Source of the DNA: Escherichia coli
GTDB taxonomy: Bacteria > Pseudomonadota > Gammaproteobacteria > Enterobacterales > Enterobacteriaceae
Assembly (NCBI RefSeq): GCF_003334765.1
Contig: NZ_QOWT01000066.1
DNA length: 5,353 nucleotides
Strand: one strand, 5' to 3'
Made by a program: the position numbers and the translations under genes. This document shows positions 1 to 5,353 of this stretch, piece by piece (position 1 is the stretch's first letter; each line of letters begins with the position of its first letter). Under the pieces are notes generated by a model, which was given only the letters and a program-made list of their open reading frames with translations, ran no database searches and was not told where the DNA came from.

Positions 1-103
1 CGCGAGGCATCGTCTTAACGAGGCACCGAGGCGTCGCATTCTTCAGATGGTTCAACCCTTAAGTTAGCGCTTATGGGATAATTCCCCGGTTTTTTTACGC
101 CTG

Positions 104-2293
104 TTAATCAGCTAATGGCTGCGGGCGACCAATCAAATACCCTTGCAGATATTGCACCCCGAGCTTATGCAATAGCGCCTGCTGCTGTTGCGTCTCGACA
201 AACTCCGCGACCACACTCAATGACTTCGCTTTCGCCAGATCGGTAATTGATCTCACAATCATCGCATCCAGCGTGTTCGTGACAATATCTTTCACAAAGA
301 CGCCATCAATTTTGATGATATCAGCCTGCAAACGCTTTAACCGTTCGTAGTTGGCATATCCGGTGCCAAAGTCATCAATCGCAATCCGGAAACCAAACTT
401 ATGCAGCTGCTCGATGTTGTACATGCTGCTTTCTGCGTTAGAAAACGCCTGCTCCTCGGTGATCTCAAGAATGACCGCCTGCGGGGAGATGTGATAACGC
501 TTAAACAGACGAATAATCCGCCCGGCAATATTCTTTTGCAGCAGCGTGAGCGGCATTAAATTGACTGAAAAGCGCGGTCCTTTTTTGTCGCAAGGGTGTG
601 TTGCCAGCCACTTCAACAAGGATTCCAGCACTTGCAAATCAAAACGCGCGCTAAGGTTAAACTGAGCAATAAGGGGCAGAAACTTATCCGGGGTCATAAT
701 GCCGCCGTCATATTTCAGTCGCGCGAGGATCTCATCATAACCTTCACCCTCTTTGTTGCGAATTGGCTGGGCGTAGAGCAGCAAATCACCCTGATCTAAC
801 GCCGTGCGAATGGTATTCAGCAATAGCACCTGTTTAGTGGTCTGCCCGGAAACCATCTCCTCTCTGCTATCCAGCGCCAGCACATGATGATGTGCGCAGG
901 ATTGCTCCGCCAGCCAGCTTAACTGCCCCAACAAGGGTTGCAGGGTTTCCTGATTTCCATCAAAACGCCCCCAGGCAGCACCATAGCCCATATCCAGCCC
1001 GGTATTGTTCCAGTGAATTTGCCGACTATTCAGGATGTTAACCATATGCTGGAGTCGCCCTTCCGTTTCCGGCCCGCTCAGCACTAACAGCAGTTCACTA
1101 CCCGGCAATTGATACAACTTTTCGTTTTCCTGCATCAACGGCAGCAGCGTACGGCAAATTGAGCGGATACAGTGAACGCGCATCATTAAGCCGTAATGAC
1201 GACTCATAAACTCAAGATTATCAATGCGCAGGCAGCAAAAACTCTTGCCCGCCTCTTGCTCCGGCGCTTGTTCCAACGCACGAAAGTTGGGTAGGAGCGT
1301 TAACGGATCTGTCAGCGCCTGCAAATGCCAGCGGCGATTAAGCCATTCACTGCGATGATAAATGCGCACCATATAGAGCAGGCAAACGCTAAAGGAAATC
1401 AGCACCGCAAGAATAAATGCCAGCGAATATTCGGTTTCCACCCCTTGCAAAAAGTTCTGGTTGTAATTCAGAAGGCAAAGCGTTGAAACAGCCCAGGTGA
1501 GATTTAAAAACGGATAGCGAAGCTTACCGACCCCGAGGGTAAAGATGATGAAGAAAACGGGTACCAGGTAACCGGCAATAAAGTCGTTTTCATAAGGTGT
1601 GCACAACAGAAGTAGCAGCACGCTTAACGCTGCCAGCCAGCTTAAGGTAAATGCGCGTTTCTCTTTGCCCAACGACGGAGCGATATCCCTGCGCCACAAT
1701 ATCTGCGCAAAGTGGGGACTTACAATCATGCGAGTGAGATAGTAGAAAAGCATGTTGTAAATCAGCACAGCGGTGAAAAGGCTTAGCAAATCAACGACCG
1801 TGAAAATGGCATCCGCATCGCCGAAAAAGGTGGATATCTTTAGCGGGAAATCAAAGAAGCTCCCCACAAGATACATGCTGCATTTGATGCCGATCGGCGT
1901 CACCAAACCAAGCCAGAACAGACGTTGCCAGACATATCGGCTGGTCAATCCATAACGCCAACGCGTCCCCAGCTGCCAGCGTAATATTGCGCAGGCACAC
2001 AACACGACAAACGTCTGGCTACCGAGCATGACCGCAGTCTGTAAAAAAGAGAGATGAAAGTTCCACAGATTGGTGCAAAACATCCCGCATAAAACGGGAA
2101 CGACACCGCGCCAGCCAAAGATAAACAAGATTGACTGCATTACGCACAGTGGCATCCACGCCAGAAAGATATAACTGGAATGGATAATGGCAAGTGGCGA
2201 AATAAAACGGGATAGCTGAATAAGTACCACGGTGAGCGTAAACGCTAGTGTGAATATCTTGATATTTTTTATCAGGTTATGCTCCACAAACAT
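104..2293 (-). CDS. pdeA: Cyclic-di-GMP phosphodiesterase, 729 aa: N-terminal polytopic membrane domain (MASE1-like), degenerate GGDEF domain, C-terminal EAL domain
   Basis: Long minus-strand ORF ending at TAA (rc of 104-106). The ORF track extends it to a GTG at 2408-2410 (768 aa), but the first in-frame ATG (rc of 2291-2293) gives 729 aa, the length I recall for E. coli YfeA/PdeA. The N-terminal ~300 aa are hydrophobic. The GGDEF position reads PGSEL (nt 1091-1105). EAL motifs are intact: EIL-A-R (nt 725-733), DDFGTG (nt 359-376), EFVET (nt 191-205). Confidence 0.88.
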   Translation of the reverse strand: MFVEHNLIKNIKIFTLAFTLTVVLIQLSRFISPLAIIHSSYIFLAWMPLCVMQSILFIFGWRGVVPVLCGMFCTNLWNFHLSFLQTAVMLGSQTFVVLCACAILRWQLGTRWRYGLTSRYVWQRLFWLGLVTPIGIKCSMYLVGSFFDFPLKISTFFGDADAIFTVVDLLSLFTAVLIYNMLFYYLTRMIVSPHFAQILWRRDIAPSLGKEKRAFTLSWLAALSVLLLLLCTPYENDFIAGYLVPVFFIIFTLGVGKLRYPFLNLTWAVSTLCLLNYNQNFLQGVETEYSLAFILAVLISFSVCLLYMVRIYHRSEWLNRRWHLQALTDPLTLLPNFRALEQAPEQEAGKSFCCLRIDNLEFMSRHYGLMMRVHCIRSICRTLLPLMQENEKLYQLPGSELLLVLSGPETEGRLQHMVNILNSRQIHWNNTGLDMGYGAAWGRFDGNQETLQPLLGQLSWLAEQSCAHHHVLALDSREEMVSGQTTKQVLLLNTIRTALDQGDLLLYAQPIRNKEGEGYDEILARLKYDGGIMTPDKFLPLIAQFNLSARFDLQVLESLLKWLATHPCDKKGPRFSVNLMPLTLLQKNIAGRIIRLFKRYHISPQAVILEITEEQAFSNAESSMYNIEQLHKFGFRIAIDDFGTGYANYERLKRLQADIIKIDGVFVKDIVTNTLDAMIVRSITDLAKAKSLSVVAEFVETQQQQALLHKLGVQYLQGYLIGRPQPLAD

Positions 2294-2464
2294 GAGTACA
2301 CTACTCTCACTGATCGGGGTTTTCAGGCACACAAATAATAAGTTTATTCGCATCGCGAAGCAAACAGGGGGCCAGCCTGTTGCCGATTTTTCATCCAATG
2401 ATGCTTTCACCAGGCGGCACTAACCCGGACGTAGACTGTATTACAAAAGCGGCAAAAAGCAGAG

Positions 2465-2492
2465 ACAAAAAACCCCCGCTTTGCAGCGAGGG
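2465..2492 (-). terminator. Rho-independent terminator immediately 3' of tRNA-Ala
   Basis: On the minus-strand RNA: an 8-bp GC-rich stem with one G·U pair (plus 2473-2480 pairs with 2485-2492), a GCAA (GNRA) tetraloop, then six U (plus-strand A-run 2467-2472). Confidence 0.7.
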
Positions 2493-2501
2493 TTGGAAAT
2501 T

Positions 2502-2577
<76 letters not shown>

Positions 2578-2609
2578 GTCACGTAAAGCTTGTCGAGTTG
2601 ACGGGCGGC

Positions 2610-2638
2610 ATCATATGAATTCCGCCCGAATGTGTCAA
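2610..2638 (-). promoter_or_regulatory. Sigma70 promoter for tRNA-Ala: TTGACA, 17-bp spacer, TATGAT, GC-rich discriminator
   Basis: On the minus strand, -35 TTGACA is rc of 2633-2638 and -10 TATGAT is rc of 2610-2615, with a 17-nt spacer. The discriminator GCCGCCCG follows, typical of stringently controlled stable-RNA promoters. The predicted start lies about 25 nt upstream of the mature tRNA 5' end at 2577. Confidence 0.6.
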
Positions 2639-2721
2639 CGGCAAATTGCAACGTGTAGTTTCAATCGCTGAAAAATCAGGCAAATGAACAATTTTGGAAA
2701 ACCGCTCGCATTCAGTAGTTA

Positions 2722-2757
2722 TTCATGTCACGGTTTCCTGTAAAGTGGTGTTATAAA
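2722..2757 (+). promoter_or_regulatory. Candidate yfeC-yfeD promoter with extended -10 (TGtTATAAA)
   Basis: TG at 2749-2750 followed by TATAAA at 2752-2757 in an AT-rich intergenic region. The -35 is weak (TTCATG/TGTCAC around 2722-2732). Position suits a 5' UTR of about 50 nt. Motif only. Confidence 0.3.
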
Positions 2758-2812
2758 ATGAACTACTAATAGACCCACATACATTCAGGGAATTGTTATG
2801 TTCAAGGAGAGG

Positions 2813-3157
2813 ATGACACCAGATGAACTTGCCAGACTGACCGGCTATAGCCGCCAGACCATTAATAAATGGGTACGCAAGGAAGGCTGGACAACGTCAC
2901 CAAAACCTGGCGTCCAGGGTGGCAAAGCCCGACTGGTTCACGTCAATGAACAGGTTCGTGAATATATTCGCAATGCTGAACGTCCAGAAGGTCAGGGAGA
3001 AGCGCCTGCCCTTTCTGGTGATGCGCCGCTTGAAGTATTGCTGGTGACACTGGCGAAAGAGATGACGCCAGTTGAACAAAAACAGTTTACATCCTTGCTT
3101 CTGCGGGAAGGGATTATCGGATTGTTACAACGCTTAGGGATTCGCGATAGCAAATAA
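2813..3157 (+). CDS. yfeC: Small putative DNA-binding protein of unknown function (YfeC family, DUF1323-like), 114 aa
   Basis: ORF ends at TAA 3155-3157. I chose the ATG at 2813 because it is preceded by AAGGAG (2804-2809) and gives 114 aa, the length I recall for E. coli YfeC. An in-frame upstream ATG at 2798 would give 119 aa. The N-terminal helix-turn-helix-like segment is TPDELARLTGYSRQTINKWVRKEGW. Confidence 0.8.
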   Translation: MTPDELARLTGYSRQTINKWVRKEGWTTSPKPGVQGGKARLVHVNEQVREYIRNAERPEGQGEAPALSGDAPLEVLLVTLAKEMTPVEQKQFTSLLLREGIIGLLQRLGIRDSK

Positions 3158-3158
3158 T

Positions 3159-3551
3159 ATGAAAAGATTACGCAATAAAATGACCACCGAAGAACTGGCT
3201 GAATGCCTCGGTGTGGCTAAACAAACTGTTAACCGTTGGATCAGAGAAAAAGGCTGGAAAACGGAAAAATTTCCCGGCGTGAAAGGCGGTCGTGCCAGAC
3301 TTATTCTGGTCGATACGCAAGTTTGCGAGTTTATTCAGAACACGCCAGCCTTCCATAACACACCAATGTTGATGGAAGCTGAAGAGAGAATTGCTGAATA
3401 CGCTCCTGGAGCACGCGCCCCGGCGTATCGACAAATCATCAACGCGATAGATAATATGACAGACATTGAGCAGGAAAAAGTCGCGCAATTTTTGTCACGT
3501 GAAGGAATTCGCAATTTCCTCGCCCGTCTCGATATTGACGAATCAGCATAA
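3159..3551 (+). CDS. yfeD: Small putative DNA-binding protein of unknown function, paralog of YfeC, 130 aa
   Basis: ATG at 3159 lies 1 nt after the yfeC stop (TAAtATG); the ORF ends at TAA 3549-3551. The N-terminal segment TTEELAECLGVAKQTVNRWIREKGW...PGVKGGRARL parallels YfeC, and the C-terminal segment MTDIEQEKVAQFLSREGIRNFLARL parallels YfeC MTPVEQKQFTSLLLREGIIGLLQRL. Confidence 0.85.
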   Translation: MKRLRNKMTTEELAECLGVAKQTVNRWIREKGWKTEKFPGVKGGRARLILVDTQVCEFIQNTPAFHNTPMLMEAEERIAEYAPGARAPAYRQIINAIDNMTDIEQEKVAQFLSREGIRNFLARLDIDESA

Positions 3552-3557
3552 ATAAAA

Positions 3558-3593
3558 AACGGCAGGATATTATCTCCTGCCGTTTATCTTTTT
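3558..3593. terminator. Bidirectional rho-independent terminator between convergent yfeD and gltX
   Basis: Inverted repeat AACGGCAGGA (3558-3567) and TCCTGCCGTT (3575-3584) around a 7-nt loop. It is flanked by an A-run (3554-3559) on one side and TTTATCTTTTT (3584-3593) on the other, so it gives a hairpin plus U-tract in either direction. Confidence 0.7.
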
Positions 3594-3602
3594 ACACGCT
3601 AA

Positions 3603-5018
3603 TTACTGCTGATTTTCGCGTTCAGCAATAAAATCCAGCGCTTTGTTGATACGCTCGATACTGCGGGTCTTACCAATTGCGTGAACGGTAACATCCAGTG
3701 CTGGAGACTGCCCCGCACCGGTTACGGCGACACGCAGCGGCATACCAACTTTACCCATACCCACTTCCAGCTCATCCGCCGTCGCCTGAATAGCGTGATG
3801 AACGTTTTCAGCGGTCCAGTCAGTAATCGCGGCCAGTTTGTCACGAACCACTTCCAGCGGCTGACGCGCTACCGGACGCAGATGTTTTTTCGCGGCGTCG
3901 GCATCGAACTCAGCAAAATCTTCGTAGAAATAACGGCAGCTCTGTGCCATCTCTTTCAGCGTCTTGCAGCGTTCGCCCAGCAGTTTCACCAGATCAGCCA
4001 GCTGCGGGCCGTTACGGGTATCGATATTTTCCTGCTCAATGTGCCACTGTAAGTGAGTAGCAACATACTCCGGCGGCAGCGCGTTAATGTAGTGATGGTT
4101 CAGCCACAGCAGCTTGTCGGTGTTGAACGCACTGGCAGATTTGCTGACGGCATTCAAAGTGAAGTATTTGATCATCTCTTCACGAGTGAAGATTTCCTGA
4201 TCGCCGTGGGACCAGCCCAGACGCACCAGATAGTTCAGCAGTGCTTCTGGCAAATAACCGTCATCACGATACTGCATTACGCTGACTGCCCCGTGACGTT
4301 TGGACAGTTTTTTACCGTCATCGCCATTGATCATAGAAACGTGCGCGTAAACCGGCACCGGCGCTTTCAGGGCCTTAAGAATGTTGATCTGGCGTGGCGT
4401 GTTGTTGATATGGTCTTCGCCACGGATAACGTGGGTGATTTCCATATCCCAGTCATCGACAACCACACAGAAGTTATAGGTTGGGGAACCATCGGTACGG
4501 CGGATAATAAGATCGTCCAGTTCCTGGTTGCTGAACTCGATCGGACCACGGATCTGATCGTCAAAAACAACAGAACCTTCCTGCGGGTTAGCAAAACGTA
4601 CAACACACGGTTCATCATCAGCATGATGCTCATGGCTGTGGCGGCAGCGACCGTCATAACGCGGCTTCTCACCTTTCGCCATTTGCTCTTCGCGCAGCGC
4701 TTCCAGGCGCTCTTTAGAGCAATAGCATTTATAAGCAGTGCCCTCTTCCAGCATCTGATCGATCACCGCGTTGTAGCGATCAAAACGTTTGGTCTGGTAG
4801 TACGGACCTTCATCCCACTCCAGGCTCAGCCAGTTCATGCCATCCATAATGGCTTCGATAGCTTCCGGCGTGGAACGCTCAAGATCGGTGTCTTCAATAC
4901 GCAGCACGAACTCACCGCCGTGGTTACGTGCAAAAAGCCAGGAGTAAAGAGCAGTACGCGCGCCGCCAACGTGCAGATAGCCTGTTGGGCTTGGCGCGAA
5001 GCGAGTTTTGATTTTCAT
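3603..5018 (-). CDS. gltX: Glutamyl-tRNA synthetase (class I aminoacyl-tRNA synthetase), 471 aa
   Basis: Minus-strand ORF from ATG (rc of 5016-5018) to TAA (rc of 3603-3605). Class I signature HVGG (HIGH variant) at nt 4962-4973 and KLSKR (KMSKS variant) at nt 4296-4310. Cys98, Cys100, Cys125 and His127 are present, matching the Zn ligands recalled for E. coli GluRS. The SD-like TAAGG lies 7 nt upstream of the ATG. Confidence 0.97.
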
Positions 5019-5083
5019 GAAATGGCCTTACGTTTAGAAAGATGCCGACAACCGGCAAATCCTGGAAAAATTAAGTGGGCGAT

Positions 5084-5111
5084 ATTCTATCACTCCCGCC
5101 TGATTCCTCAA
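5084..5111 (-). promoter_or_regulatory. Candidate gltX promoter: TTGAGG, 16-bp spacer, TAGAAT
   Basis: On the minus strand, -35 TTGAGG is rc of 5106-5111 and -10 TAGAAT is rc of 5084-5089. Motif match only; gltX is reported to have several promoters and I cannot assign this one to any of them. Confidence 0.3.
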
Positions 5112-5231
5112 TGTAGTTCGGGTTTCTACCTTACGCATTATTGTTTTCGTTGACAAATTGCGCAACACGGTCTGTTTTGCGATCATCTTGCTTAAATTTA
5201 CGACGAACGAACAATTTCTTTAGAAAATGCG

Positions 5232-5259
5232 TTGACTCATTTTGAACTCTCCCTATAAT
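5232..5259 (+). promoter_or_regulatory. valU tRNA-operon promoter: TTGACT, 16-bp spacer, TATAAT, with AT-rich upstream region
   Basis: -35 TTGACT at 5232-5237 and consensus -10 TATAAT at 5254-5259, followed by discriminator GCGACTCC. The mature tRNA 5' end lies 17 nt downstream of the -10. An AT-rich stretch at 5200-5230 looks like an UP element or Fis-site region. Confidence 0.7.
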
Positions 5260-5276
5260 GCGACTCCACACAGCGG

Positions 5277-5352
5277 GGGTGATTAGCTCAGCTGGGAGAG
5301 CACCTCCCTTACAAGGAGGGGGTCGGCGGTTCGATCCCGTCATCACCCACCA
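5277..5352 (+). tRNA. valU: tRNA-Val, anticodon UAC (first gene of the valU-valX-valY-lysV operon in E. coli)
   Basis: GGGTGATTAGCTCAGCTGGGAGAGCACCTCCCTTACAAGGAGGGGGTCGGCGGTTCGATCCCGTCATCACCCACCA, 76 nt with encoded CCA and TAC at positions 34-36. The gene ends 1 nt before the window edge. Confidence 0.95.
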
Positions 5353-5353
5353 C

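Noticed and set aside
3-33. Three short direct repeats of CGAGGC near the 5' edge
   Set aside because: They are too short and too close to the window edge to interpret, and probably belong to a neighbouring gene or intergenic region outside the window.
2294-2410. N-terminal extension of pdeA to the GTG start given in the ORF track (768 aa)
   Set aside because: The first in-frame ATG at 2293 gives the 729-aa length expected for PdeA, and the extension would overlap the likely promoter region. It is kept only as a start-site caveat.
337-2423. Short ORFs inside or antisense to pdeA (337-528 minus, 596-799 plus, 1773-1955 plus, 2232-2423 plus)
   Set aside because: All are embedded in the pdeA coding region in other frames, are short, and have no motif or expression signal.
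2897-3488. Minus-strand ORFs 2897-3079 and 3168-3488 antisense to yfeC and yfeD
   Set aside because: They are antisense to well-supported paralogous genes, with no start context or recognisable motifs.
4053-5153. 366-aa plus-strand ORF (and the adjoining 123-aa ORF at 3681-4052) antisense to gltX
   Set aside because: They lie entirely within the strongly supported gltX coding region, in the codon-aligned antisense frame where stops are suppressed by codon bias. There is no independent start context, and the translation is low-complexity.
5131-5346. 71-aa minus-strand ORF
   Set aside because: It overlaps the tRNA-Val gene and its promoter; the open frame is a by-product of tRNA sequence.

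Overview
This window reads as an ordinary enterobacterial core-genome locus, most likely Escherichia coli, at the pdeA(yfeA)–tRNA-Ala–yfeC–yfeD–gltX–valU region. I found no mobile element, CRISPR array, integrase or defence-like cargo, and no previously undescribed system. Gene order is: pdeA (minus, MASE1 membrane domain, degenerate GGDEF, intact EAL), one tRNA-Ala(GGC) (minus) with its own promoter and terminator, two tandem paralogous small proteins YfeC/YfeD (plus), a bidirectional terminator, gltX (minus, class I glutamyl-tRNA synthetase), and a divergent control region leading into tRNA-Val(UAC) (valU) at the window edge. The items worth a second look are the uncharacterised YfeC/YfeD pair, the presence of only one tRNA-Ala(GGC) where K-12 is remembered to carry a tandem pair, and a near-full-length antisense ORF over gltX that I interpret as a codon-bias artefact. 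All names rest on motif recognition and recalled knowledge of E. coli; no database search was run.
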